DNA from: Paracoccaceae bacterium
GTDB lineage: Bacteria > Pseudomonadota > Alphaproteobacteria > Rhodobacterales > Rhodobacteraceae
DNA length: 64,000 bases
Reading direction: 5' to 3'
Assembly: GCA_020425085.1 (NCBI GenBank)
Contig: JAGQRW010000018.1
Location: forward strand, 247,797-311,796
Shown: in pieces, positions 18,044 through 26,996 of the stretch
Layout of the letters: each line of letters opens with the position of its first letter
How positions within the stretch are numbered: position 1 is the stretch's first letter
Made by a program: the position numbers and the translations under genes
Notes under the pieces: generated by a model
What the model was told of the DNA's origin: nothing
Database searches by the model: none
Seen by the model: only the letters and a program-made list of their open reading frames with translations

Positions 18044-18403
18044 GGCAGGCGACCTTGATCGCGCTTCGGACGAGCGCGGGCGTGGCGGCGCGGCAAGGGG
18101 GCGGCCGGTGATGGCGAAACGGCTTGTGCCGCCGTGCGGACCCTTGAACGCGGACCTTTGAACACAGTGGCGTCGGCTATGCCGCCAAGCCTGCTTGCGT
18201 TCGGAAAATCCGCGACGGCGCCGAAGGATGATCCGGCGGAACATGCGCCCTGCCGGAATTTGCGATGCAGAAAATCAAGGGGTTGGCTGGCGCGGTGAAT
18301 CAAAACAGGCGGTGCGCGGCCGCCGATCCCCATTTGACCTAGACCAATGCCGGGAGCGGGGGTACAAATTCGCCGACTTCAGCAAAGGGCATAAGGGGGC
18401 AGA

Positions 18404-19345
18404 ATGAAACGAGCATTTGTTTTTCCGGGTCAGGGCGCGCAGGCGATTGGCATGGGGATGGAGCTGGCGGCGGCCTATCCGGCGGCAAAGGCGGTATTTG
18501 ATGAGGTGGATGCGGCACTTGGTCAAGACCTTTCCGGGCTGATCCGGGATGGCGATATTGCGGAACTGACCCTGACGGAAAACGCGCAGCCGGCGTTGAT
18601 GGCGACTTCATTGGCGGTGATGGCGGCCTTGGCGGCCGAGGGGGTAACCCTTGCCAAGGCGGCGGATTATGTGGCCGGGCATTCGCTGGGCGAATATTCC
18701 GCGCTCTGTGCGGCGGGAGCGATCGGGTTGGCCGATACGGCGCGGTTGTTGAAAATACGCGGTCGCGCCATGCAGGCGGCGGTGCCGGTGGGCGAAGGGG
18801 CGATGGCGGCCTTGCTGGGCCTTGATTTTGCCACCGCAACGGCGGTTGCCGCCGAGGCGGCGGGCGACGGTATCTGTCAGGCGGCCAACGACAACGACCC
18901 GGCGCAGGTGGTGGTTTCGGGCCATCGCGCAGCGGTGGAACGCGCGGTTGAACTGGCCAAGGCGGCGGGGGCCAAGCGGGCCATGCTGCTGCCGGTATCC
19001 GCCCCGTTTCATTGCCGCCTGATGGCCCCGGCGGCCGAGGTCATGGCCGGGGCGTTGGCCGATGTCACCATATCGGCGCCAGGCGTGCCGGTGGTGGCCA
19101 ATGTCAGGGCCGAGGCGATCAGCGACCCCGATCAGATACGCGCCCTGCTGGTGGAACAGGTGACCGGTGTGGTACGCTGGCGCGAAAGTGTTGCCTGGAT
19201 GCAGGGGCAAGGGGTTGGCAGCTATTACGAAATCGGTGCCGGCAAGGCGCTTTCGGGCATGATCCGCCGGATCGACCGCGAAGCAACCTGCAAGGCGGTA
19301 TCGGTGCCCGATGATGTAAGGGCCGTGGCCGCAGAACTGGCATAG
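18404..19345 (+). CDS. fabD: Malonyl-CoA:ACP transacylase
   Basis: MKRAFVFPGQGAQAIGMG...GHSLGEYSALCAAG carries the active-site GHSLG motif. Confidence 0.95.
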   Translation: MKRAFVFPGQGAQAIGMGMELAAAYPAAKAVFDEVDAALGQDLSGLIRDGDIAELTLTENAQPALMATSLAVMAALAAEGVTLAKAADYVAGHSLGEYSALCAAGAIGLADTARLLKIRGRAMQAAVPVGEGAMAALLGLDFATATAVAAEAAGDGICQAANDNDPAQVVVSGHRAAVERAVELAKAAGAKRAMLLPVSAPFHCRLMAPAAEVMAGALADVTISAPGVPVVANVRAEAISDPDQIRALLVEQVTGVVRWRESVAWMQGQGVGSYYEIGAGKALSGMIRRIDREATCKAVSVPDDVRAVAAELA

Positions 19346-19354
19346 GGGATGAAA

Positions 19355-20092
19355 ATGTTTGATCTGAATGGAAAAAACGCACTGGTTACCGGTGCCTCGG
19401 GCGGTATCGGCGGCGCGATTGCCCGCGCGTTGCACATGGCGGGGGCGACGGTGGGTATATCCGGCACGCGGCAGGAACCGCTGAATTCGCTGGCGGCGGA
19501 GTTGGGTGATCGGGTGCATGTGCTGCCCTGCAACCTGAGCGATGCCGAGGCGGTCGAGGCGTTGCCGAAACAGGCCATCGCGGCCATGGGGTCGCTTGAT
19601 GTTCTGGTGAACAATGCCGGTATCACCCGAGACAACATTTTCATGCGTATGTCGGATGAAGACTGGGCCAGCGTGCTGGAGGTCAACCTTACCTCGACCA
19701 TGCGGCTGTGCCGGGGCGCGATCCGGGGCATGATGAAGGCGCGCTGGGGGCGAATCATCAATGTTTCCTCGGTGGTCGGCACCACCGGCAATCCGGGTCA
19801 GGCCAATTACGCCGCCGCCAAGGCCGGCATGGTGGGGATGTCGAAATCCATCGCTGCCGAGGTTGCCTCGCGCGGGATCACCGTCAACTGCATCGCGCCG
19901 GGGTTCATTGCCACGGCGATGACCGACAAGCTGACGGATGCGCAGAAAGACGGCATTCTGGGCGCGATTCCCGCCGGGCGCATGGGCGAAGCGGACGAGA
20001 TCGCGGCGGCGGCGCTGTATCTGGCGTCGATCGAGGCGGCCTATGTGACGGGTCAGACACTGCATGTGAACGGCGGCATGGCGATGATCTAG
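19355..20092 (+). CDS. fabG: 3-oxoacyl-ACP reductase
   Basis: MFDLNGKNALVTGASGGIG...NYAAAKAG...GQTLHVNGGMAMI. ATG 19355 is preferred over 19349 on SD spacing. Confidence 0.95.
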   Translation: MFDLNGKNALVTGASGGIGGAIARALHMAGATVGISGTRQEPLNSLAAELGDRVHVLPCNLSDAEAVEALPKQAIAAMGSLDVLVNNAGITRDNIFMRMSDEDWASVLEVNLTSTMRLCRGAIRGMMKARWGRIINVSSVVGTTGNPGQANYAAAKAGMVGMSKSIAAEVASRGITVNCIAPGFIATAMTDKLTDAQKDGILGAIPAGRMGEADEIAAAALYLASIEAAYVTGQTLHVNGGMAMI

Positions 20093-20426
20093 GGCCAAAG
20101 AAGGCCGCCCGGGAATTTGAGAATCAGCGCCTGCCGACAGCACGACCGTAACGGCATCGGCGTGGCAGTCGGGTGTCAAAATATTTCACCAGCGCCATTT
20201 GGCCGCATCAATTCAACACCGCCAACAGGTTACAGTTGCGCCGTGTCACAAACGATGGCCGGAAAACGTTTGCCAAGCCGGATACTTGTGATATAGCGCG
20301 CCACAGATTTGCCGGAGGGGGCTGCAGTAATCAGCGGTTCGCCCCGTGACGAGGGCAATGACATCGCCCGAAAAAGGCGGTAAGCCAAGAAATCGGGACT
20401 TATCCCGCAACAATGAGGATCGAAAT

Positions 20427-20660
20427 ATGAGCGACATCGCAGATCGCGTTAAGAAAATTGTTGTCGAGCACCTGAGTGTTGACGAAGACAAGGTAACCGA
20501 GAACGCCTCGTTCATCGATGATCTGGGTGCCGACAGCCTGGATACGGTCGAACTCGTGATGGCGTTCGAAGAAGAATTCGGCATCGAAATCCCCGATGAT
20601 GCGGCTGAAACCATCCAGTCCTTCGGCGATGCGGTAAAGTTCATTACCGAAGCCTCGTAA
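20427..20660 (+). CDS. acpP: Acyl carrier protein
   Basis: [16 protein letters not shown]...[20 protein letters not shown] contains the phosphopantetheine-attachment DSLD motif. The ORF is trimmed to ATG 20427, which has a GAGGA SD. Confidence 0.95.
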   Translation: MSDIADRVKKIVVEHLSVDEDKVTENASFIDDLGADSLDTVELVMAFEEEFGIEIPDDAAETIQSFGDAVKFITEAS

Positions 20661-20682
20661 CCAGATTTGCCTTTTGGGCCGA

Positions 20683-20713
20683 AAGGGCGCCGCTTGCGGC
20701 GCCCTTTTGTTTT
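20683..20713 (+). terminator. Rho-independent terminator after acpP
   Basis: AAGGGCGCCGC-TT-GCGGCGCCCTT forms a hairpin that is followed by TTGTTTT. Confidence 0.75.
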
Positions 20714-20777
20714 GCCGTATCGGGCCGATTTGTGATTAGCTGCAAACATGGCTGATCCCTGACGCCGGAGCAAAGCA

Positions 20778-21323
20778 ATGACCAAGCCGATCCTGTTGCG
20801 CCTGTTGGCGGTACTGTTCCTGCTGGTGTCCTGTAGCGGGATCAGCCGCGAAGATTGTATCAGTGGCGACTGGCGGGCGATTGGCCAGCGCGACGGGCAG
20901 GCCGGATATGGCCCGGAACGGCTGTCGGAACAGGCGCGGATCTGCAAGGCATTTGGTGTCAGTCCCGATGCCGCCGCGTGGGAAAAGGGCCGGCGCGAGG
21001 GTGTCAGGCAATATTGCACCCCCCAAAACGCCTATCAGTTGGGGCGCAAGGGCCGGCCGATATCGGATCTCTGCACGGCATCTGACAAGGCGCGCATGGC
21101 CAGCGCCCATGCGCAGGGGCTGAAATACCACGAGATCAGCGTCAAAATCCTGCATCTGCAACAGGTGATCATGATGAACCGGATGGATATCCGCGAAATT
21201 CTTGGGGCGACCAATGGCGGGCTGACCGTTGATGCGATGCTGGCGCAATCCGAAAATTTTCGACTAGAGGAACAAATCCACCAGTTGGAACGCGAGCGGC
21301 AAGCCTATGCCAACTGGCCCTGA
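20778..21323 (+). CDS. Lipoprotein, DUF2799-like
   Basis: Has a lipobox (LFLLVSC). Repeated motifs CxxxDW...G..DG..G are typical of DUF2799. It lies between acpP and fabF. Confidence 0.6.
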   Translation: MTKPILLRLLAVLFLLVSCSGISREDCISGDWRAIGQRDGQAGYGPERLSEQARICKAFGVSPDAAAWEKGRREGVRQYCTPQNAYQLGRKGRPISDLCTASDKARMASAHAQGLKYHEISVKILHLQQVIMMNRMDIREILGATNGGLTVDAMLAQSENFRLEEQIHQLERERQAYANWP

Positions 21324-21401
21324 GCCGCGCGCCTTTCGCTTGCCCCTCGGCGGAAAGATTGTGTATCACAGCCTTCAAAGCAAAAAATGCGAGGGACAAA
21401 G

Positions 21402-22664
21402 ATGCGGCGAGTGGTGGTAACCGGGCTGGGAATGGTGACTCCTCTGGCGTGCGGGGTCGAGGAGACCTGGGCGCGGTTGTTGGCCGGACAATCGGGGGCC
21501 GGAACCATCAGTCGGTTTGATGCTTCGCATCTGGCGACCGATTATGCCTGCGAGATCCCGATGGGTGACGGCAGCGACGGTACCTTCAACCCGGATGACT
21601 GGATGGCGCCCAAGGATCGGCGCAAGGTCGATGATTTCATATTATATGGTATGGCGGCGGCGCAGCAGGCGGTGACGGATTCCGGCTGGCTGCCCGAGGA
21701 TGACGAGGGGCGCAACCGCACCGGCGTGATGATCGGATCCGGCATCGGCGGGCTGACCTCGATCGCGGAAACGGCGATTACCTTGAAGGAACGCGGACCG
21801 CGCCGGGTTTCGCCGTTCTTTATTCCCGGTGCGCTGATCAATCTGGCTTCGGGGCAGGTTTCCATCCGGTTCGGTTTCAAGGGTCCGAATCATGCGGTGG
21901 TGACGGCCTGTTCCACCGGGGCGCATGCAATTGGCGATGCGGCGCGGCTGATCATGCTGGACGATGCCGATGTGATGGTGGCCGGTGGCACCGAAGCGCC
22001 GATTTCCGAGATCGGCATCGCCGGGTTCAACGCCTGCAAGGCGCTTTCGACCAGCCGCTCGGCCGACCCGAAATCGGCCTCGCGCCCTTATGATACGGAC
22101 CGTGACGGGTTCGTGATGGGCGAGGGGGCCGGTGTGGTGGTTCTGGAGGAACTGGAACACGCCCGCGCGCGCGGTGCAAAGATCTATGCCGAGGTGGTGG
22201 GTTATGGTCTGTCCGGCGACGCCTATCACATCACCGCCCCCGCCGAGGATGGCGATGGCGGGTTTCGGTCGATGCAGGCGGCGCTGAAACGTGCCGGGCT
22301 GGAGCCCGGGGATATTGATTATGTGAACGCGCATGGCACCTCGACCATGGCGGATACCATCGAACTTGGTGCGGTCGAACGCCTGCTGGGCGATGCGGCA
22401 GCCGGTGTCACCATGTCGTCAACCAAGTCGGCGACCGGGCATCTGCTGGGTGCGGCCGGCGCGATCGAGGCGATCTTTTCGATTCTGGCGATACGCGATC
22501 AGATCGCGCCGCCGACCCTGAATCTGGACAATCCGGCGGTGACATCAAAGCTGGATCTTGCGCCCAAGTTGGCGGTAAAGCGCCGTATCAACGTGGCAAT
22601 GTCGAATTCGTTCGGGTTTGGCGGTACCAATGCCTCGGTCCTGTTCAGGAAATTGGACGGTTAG
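21402..22664 (+). CDS. fabF: 3-oxoacyl-ACP synthase II
   Basis: MRRVVVTGLGMVTPL...ACSTGAHAIGDA...NAHGTSTMADTIE...NSFGFGGTN. ATG 21402 is preceded by GAGGGA. Confidence 0.95.
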   Translation: MRRVVVTGLGMVTPLACGVEETWARLLAGQSGAGTISRFDASHLATDYACEIPMGDGSDGTFNPDDWMAPKDRRKVDDFILYGMAAAQQAVTDSGWLPEDDEGRNRTGVMIGSGIGGLTSIAETAITLKERGPRRVSPFFIPGALINLASGQVSIRFGFKGPNHAVVTACSTGAHAIGDAARLIMLDDADVMVAGGTEAPISEIGIAGFNACKALSTSRSADPKSASRPYDTDRDGFVMGEGAGVVVLEELEHARARGAKIYAEVVGYGLSGDAYHITAPAEDGDGGFRSMQAALKRAGLEPGDIDYVNAHGTSTMADTIELGAVERLLGDAAAGVTMSSTKSATGHLLGAAGAIEAIFSILAIRDQIAPPTLNLDNPAVTSKLDLAPKLAVKRRINVAMSNSFGFGGTNASVLFRKLDG

Positions 22665-22669
22665 GACGC

Positions 22670-23704
22670 ATGGTTCGGCATATTGCATCCAACGCGCTGA
22701 CGCTGCTGATCGTTGCGCTGATACTGCTTGGCGGGGTGATTGTCTGGGGCAAGGTTGAGTTCGACCGCCCCGGCAGTTTCACCGAGGATGCGATATTCGA
22801 AGTAAAGCCCGGTGATCGGCTGGGCGCGGTTTCCAAGCGGCTGGAGCAGCAGGGGTTGATTGCCAATGCGCGGATTTTCCGTATTGCCGCGCGTTATAGC
22901 GGCGATCATGAGCGTTTGAAATTCGGCGAATACAAGGTGCCTGCCAAATCCAGCATGCGCGAGTTGATGGCGCTGGTGACATCGGGGCGCGCACTGGCCT
23001 ATCAGATCACCATTCCCGAAGGGCTGACCAGCTATCAGGTTATCGAAAAGCTGAAGGAACATCCAATCCTGACCGGCGAGTTGGCGGCGATTCCGCCCGA
23101 AGGTTCGCTGGCGCCGAATACCTATGCGATTTCCAAGGGCGATACGCTGGCCGGGGTGGTTGAACGAATGACTGCGGCGCAAAGCAAGATTTTGGCGGAT
23201 GCCTGGGAGGGGCGGGCGAAAGATCTGCCGCTGAAAACTCCCGAGGAGGCGCTGATACTGGCCTCGATCGTGGAGAAGGAAACCGGGGTTGACGGCGAAC
23301 GCCCGCTGGTGGCCTCGGTCTTTATCAACCGGCTGGAACGGGGAATGCGCCTTCAGACCGACCCGACGGTGATTTACGGGCTGACCGATGGCAAGGGGGT
23401 GCTGGGGCGCGGCATCCGGCGAAGCGAATTGCAAAAGAAGACGCCATATAACACCTATCAGATTGATGGCCTGCCGCCAACGCCGATTGCCAATCCCGGC
23501 AAGACAGCGATCGAGGCGACGCTGAACCCGGCAAACACCGATTTCGTGTTCTTTGTCGCAGACGGAACCGGCGGGCATGTTTTTTCCGCCACGATCAGCG
23601 AGCATAACCAGAACGTTCGCGCCTGGCGCAAGATCGAGGCCGAGCGCAAGGCGGCCGAGAAAAAGGCGGCTGAAGAGGCGGCCAACGCCGGGGCAGATCA
23701 GTAG
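22670..23704 (+). CDS. mltG: Endolytic murein transglycosylase MltG (YceG-like)
   Basis: Has an N-terminal TM helix and the motifs ITIPEGLT, ILASIVEKETG, RLQTDPTVIYG and YNTYQIDGLPPTPIANPG. Confidence 0.9.
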   Translation: MVRHIASNALTLLIVALILLGGVIVWGKVEFDRPGSFTEDAIFEVKPGDRLGAVSKRLEQQGLIANARIFRIAARYSGDHERLKFGEYKVPAKSSMRELMALVTSGRALAYQITIPEGLTSYQVIEKLKEHPILTGELAAIPPEGSLAPNTYAISKGDTLAGVVERMTAAQSKILADAWEGRAKDLPLKTPEEALILASIVEKETGVDGERPLVASVFINRLERGMRLQTDPTVIYGLTDGKGVLGRGIRRSELQKKTPYNTYQIDGLPPTPIANPGKTAIEATLNPANTDFVFFVADGTGGHVFSATISEHNQNVRAWRKIEAERKAAEKKAAEEAANAGADQ

Positions 23705-23739
23705 GTCGGAAATTAATCGCACAACCTAGAAGATAGTTC

Positions 23740-23768
23740 TTGACTTATCGAACTCTCTTAGGTATAAC
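23740..23768 (+). promoter_or_regulatory. Candidate sigma70-type promoter of the GTA cluster (TTGACT-17 nt-TATAAC)
   Basis: TTGACT lies at 23740-23745 and TATAAC at 23763-23768, with exact 17-nt spacing. The site is in the AT-rich gap upstream of g1. Confidence 0.45.
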
Positions 23769-23795
23769 TTGTTTCAAGCTGGAAGAAATGGGCAA

Positions 23796-23833
23796 GCGGC
23801 CAACCTGAACAGGGTTGTGTCGCTTTTTTGTTT
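23796..23833 (+). terminator. Intrinsic-terminator-like hairpin plus T-tract in the GTA leader (possible attenuator)
   Basis: GCGGC-CAACC / GGTTG-(T)-GTCGC form 10 bp with one G-U pair, one bulge and a 7-nt loop. TTTTTTGTTT follows, ending 35 nt upstream of the g1 ATG. Confidence 0.5.
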
Positions 23834-23867
23834 CCCTCGTGCGGAGCATGAGAAGGCGGTTGAATTC

Positions 23868-24188
23868 ATGAACATAATGACCCCTGAGGGTGAAAGTCGC
23901 GCGGAAACGATGCTTCGCAGGGCACACGGGCAATATGCCCGGCTGAGTGTTCTGCTTGATGAGGCGCAGAACCGGTTGCAGGAAAATCTGGAAGGGGCTG
24001 ATCCGAAAGAGATCAGCGCCCTGATCAGCAGCCATTTCAAGTCGTTTCAAAGCACGTTTGAGCTGGAGGTGAAACTTGAAAAGTGCATCCAAGAACGCGC
24101 CGGAATTGTCAACGGATACGCCGTTGATCTTGACGCGGCCAGAACTGAGATCGGGCGGCGTCTGGCTTGCCTCAAGAACGCCCGATGA
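23868..24188 (+). CDS. g1: GTA g1-like protein (small-terminase-like)
   Basis: ~106-aa helical protein directly upstream of TerL. The C-terminus is ...DLDAARTEIGRRLACLKNAR. ATG 23868 was chosen as the start; the ORF-track TTG 23769 would read through the leader hairpin. Confidence 0.65.
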   Translation: MNIMTPEGESRAETMLRRAHGQYARLSVLLDEAQNRLQENLEGADPKEISALISSHFKSFQSTFELEVKLEKCIQERAGIVNGYAVDLDAARTEIGRRLACLKNAR

Positions 24189-25485
24189 GATCGAGGCGTT
24201 TCTGGCGGGTCTTGGCGACAACGAATTGCTGGCGCTGCCGTATTTGTTCGACTTTTGGGCGATGGAACATCAACTGCCGCCCGAAGGCGAATGGAAGACC
24301 TGGGTGATCATGGGCGGGCGCGGTGCGGGCAAGACCCGCGCCGGTGCCGAATGGGTGCGCATGCAGGTGGAAGGCGCGCGGCCGATGGATCAGAGCCGCG
24401 CAAGTCGCGTGGCGCTGGTGGGCGAAACCGTGGATCAGGTGCGTGAGGTGATGATTTTCGGCGACAGCGGCATTCTGGCCTGTTCGCCACCGGATCGCCG
24501 CCCGAAATGGGAGGCGGGGCGCAAGCGCCTGGTCTGGGCCAACGGTGCGATTGCACAGGTGTTTTCGGCGCATGACCCCGACAGTTTGCGCGGGCCGCAA
24601 TTTGATGCCGCCTGGGTGGATGAACTGGCCAAGTGGAAAAAGGGCCGCGCCACCTGGGACATGCTGCAATTCGGCCTGCGGCTGGGGGAATGCCCGCAGC
24701 AGGTGGTGACGACAACGCCGCAGAACACGACCGTGCTGAAGGAAATTCTGGATAACGCTTCGACGGTGACGACACGCGCCCCGACCTCGGCCAACAAGGC
24801 GTTTCTGGCGGCCTCGTTTCTGGAAGAGGTGACGGCGAAATACGGCGGCACCCGGCTGGGCCGTCAGGAGCTGGAGGGGGAACTGCTGTTGGATTCCGAA
24901 GGCACGCTGTGGACGGCTGAAACAATCGAGCGGGCACAGGTTCAGCATGCGCCGGAAATGAACAGGATTGTGGTGGCGGTGGACCCGCCGGTTACCGGGC
25001 ATTCCGGCTCGGATGAATGCGGGATTCTGGTGGTGGGCGCCACGACCGCGGGTCCACCGACGGATTGGCGGGCATATGTTCTGGCGGATGAAACCGTTAG
25101 CGGCTCGCCGCAGGTTTGGGCCGAAGCGGCGATTGCGGCCTATCACCGCCATGGCGCCGACCGGCTGGTGGCCGAGGTCAATCAGGGAGGCGATCTGGTG
25201 GAAACGGTAATTCGCCAGAATGATCCGCTGGTTTCCTATCGCGGCGTTCGCGCCTCACGCGGGAAAGTGGCGCGGGCCGAGCCGGTGGCGGCCCTTTATG
25301 AACAGGGGCGCGTCAGGCACCTGCCGGGGTTGATGCAACTTGAAGATCAGATGGCGGAAATGACCCTGGCGGGGTTTGAGGGCCGGGGCAGCCCGGACCG
25401 GGTGGATGCGCTGGTCTGGGCGCTGAGCGATCTGATGATTGATGCAGCGGCAAGGTTCCGCGCGCCCCGGCTGCGCGGGCTGTGA
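24076..25485 (+). CDS. g2: GTA terminase large subunit
   Basis: Walker A is present (IMGGRGAGKTRAGAEW), along with DELAKW and a C-terminal nuclease region. The TTG start at 24076 is preceded by GGAGGTGA. The gene overlaps g1 by 113 nt, so the start is somewhat uncertain. Confidence 0.85.
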   Translation: MKSASKNAPELSTDTPLILTRPELRSGGVWLASRTPDEIEAFLAGLGDNELLALPYLFDFWAMEHQLPPEGEWKTWVIMGGRGAGKTRAGAEWVRMQVEGARPMDQSRASRVALVGETVDQVREVMIFGDSGILACSPPDRRPKWEAGRKRLVWANGAIAQVFSAHDPDSLRGPQFDAAWVDELAKWKKGRATWDMLQFGLRLGECPQQVVTTTPQNTTVLKEILDNASTVTTRAPTSANKAFLAASFLEEVTAKYGGTRLGRQELEGELLLDSEGTLWTAETIERAQVQHAPEMNRIVVAVDPPVTGHSGSDECGILVVGATTAGPPTDWRAYVLADETVSGSPQVWAEAAIAAYHRHGADRLVAEVNQGGDLVETVIRQNDPLVSYRGVRASRGKVARAEPVAALYEQGRVRHLPGLMQLEDQMAEMTLAGFEGRGSPDRVDALVWALSDLMIDAAARFRAPRLRGL

Positions 25486-25574
25486 TCCGCGCGGCCCATT
25501 CGTCCGGACAGGCAACAACAACGCATCGCGGCAACAACGCCGTTGATCGGGACATTCAGACTGGAGCATTTTCA

Positions 25575-26747
25575 ATGGGATTGAACATATTCAAGCGTGA
25601 GGCGACGACGGCACCCGAAGCCAAGGCATCGGCGGCAGGCCCGGTCATTGCCTTTCATGGCGCGGGCCGGGTGGCCTGGTCGCCGCGCGACACGGTTTCC
25701 CTGACCCAGACCGGTTTTACCGGCAACCCGGTTGGATTTCGCTGCGTGAAGATGATTGCCGAGGCGGCGGCGTCGCTGCCCATCGTTCTGGCCGACTGCG
25801 AGCGGCGCTATGAGGTGCATCCGCTGCTGGCGCTTTTGGCGCGCCCGAATGCGGCGCAGGGGCGGGCCGATCTGCTGGAAAGCCTTTACGGCCAGTTGCT
25901 GCTAAGCGGTGACGGTTATCTTGAGGCGGTCAGCGGTGACAGTGATGTGCCGCTGGAACTGCATGTGCTGCGTTCGGATCGCATGCAACTGTTACCCGGC
26001 GAGGATGGCTGGCCTGTCGCCTATGAATACCGGGTCGGTGGCCGCAAGCACCGGTTTGACATGACGGCGATGCTGCCGCCAGTTTGCCATATCCGGGCGT
26101 TTCACCCGCAGGACGATCACTACGGGTTAAGCCCGATGCAGGCGGCGGCCTCGGCGCTGGATGTACATAATTCCGCCTCGCGCTGGTCGAAATCGTTGTT
26201 GGACAATGCGGCACGGCCATCGGGTGCCATTGTTTACAAGGGGGCCGACGGGCAGGGCCAGATGGGCCAGGATCAATACGACCGCCTGCTGGATGAAATG
26301 CAGTCCTATCATCAGGGGGCGGCCAATGCCGGGCGCCCGATGCTGCTGGAGGGCGGGCTGGACTGGAAACCCATGGGGTTTTCCCCAAGCGACATGGAGT
26401 TTCAGAAAACCAAGGAAAGTGCGGCGCGCGAAATCGCACTGGCGTTCGGGGTGCCGCCGATGTTGCTGGGGCTGCCGGGGGACGCGACCTATGCCAATTA
26501 CCAGGAGGCGCACCGGGCGTTTTATCGCCTGACGGTGCTGCCGGTGGCGGGCAAGGTTCTGGCGTCGATCGCCAACTGGTTGTCGGCGTTCAGCCATGAA
26601 ACCCTGCGGCTGGAACCCGATCTTGACGGCATTCCCGCCCTGTCAGCCGAGCGCGAAGCGCGCTGGAAGCGGGTAACGGAGGCGGATTTCCTGACGGCGA
26701 CCGAGAAACGCGCGCTGCTGGGATTGCCGAAACTGGCAGATGACTGA
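25575..26747 (+). CDS. g3: GTA portal protein (HK97-family portal)
   Basis: MGLNIFKR...NPVGFRCVKMIAEAAASLP...AREIALAFGVPPMLLG. ATG 25575 is preceded by CTGGAG. Confidence 0.9.
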   Translation: MGLNIFKREATTAPEAKASAAGPVIAFHGAGRVAWSPRDTVSLTQTGFTGNPVGFRCVKMIAEAAASLPIVLADCERRYEVHPLLALLARPNAAQGRADLLESLYGQLLLSGDGYLEAVSGDSDVPLELHVLRSDRMQLLPGEDGWPVAYEYRVGGRKHRFDMTAMLPPVCHIRAFHPQDDHYGLSPMQAAASALDVHNSASRWSKSLLDNAARPSGAIVYKGADGQGQMGQDQYDRLLDEMQSYHQGAANAGRPMLLEGGLDWKPMGFSPSDMEFQKTKESAAREIALAFGVPPMLLGLPGDATYANYQEAHRAFYRLTVLPVAGKVLASIANWLSAFSHETLRLEPDLDGIPALSAEREARWKRVTEADFLTATEKRALLGLPKLADD

Positions 26748-26985
26748 GCGCAACCGGGGCGGTGGTTCGCGGTTCTTGTACGAGCCATTTGATGCTGCGG
26801 CGGCCAGGATCGAAACCCATGAAAAGGTGACGGCGGAACGCTGGAACGGGCTGGAGCGGCGATTGCTGACCATCGAAACCATGCTGGAGCGGCTGGAAAA
26901 GCGGCTGTGGCTGGCGGTCTATGGCGTGGTGGCGTTCATCCTGAGCCAAGGCGTGATCGCGCTGCTGACTATGGTACCTAAATAA
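26740..26985 (+). CDS. GTA g3.5-like small membrane protein
   Basis: 81 aa with a coiled segment and a C-terminal TM helix (LWLAVYGVVAFILSQGVIALL). It overlaps the portal stop, in the position of RcGTA g3.5. Confidence 0.65.
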   Translation: MTERNRGGGSRFLYEPFDAAAARIETHEKVTAERWNGLERRLLTIETMLERLEKRLWLAVYGVVAFILSQGVIALLTMVPK

Positions 26986-26996
26986 GGAATATCAAT

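Noticed and set aside
18044-18403. 360-bp GC-rich gap upstream of fabD containing a GGACC(C/T)TTGAAC direct repeat (18138-18163) and short ORFs
   Set aside because: No convincing coding frame or RNA structure is evident. The direct repeat is short and could arise by chance. It is noted only as a possible binding site and not called.
23769-23867. Longer g1 starting at TTG 23769 (ORF-track start)
   Set aside because: The extension would begin inside the predicted -10 region and read through the hairpin and T-tract. An in-frame ATG at 23868 gives a ~106-aa product of the size expected for g1.
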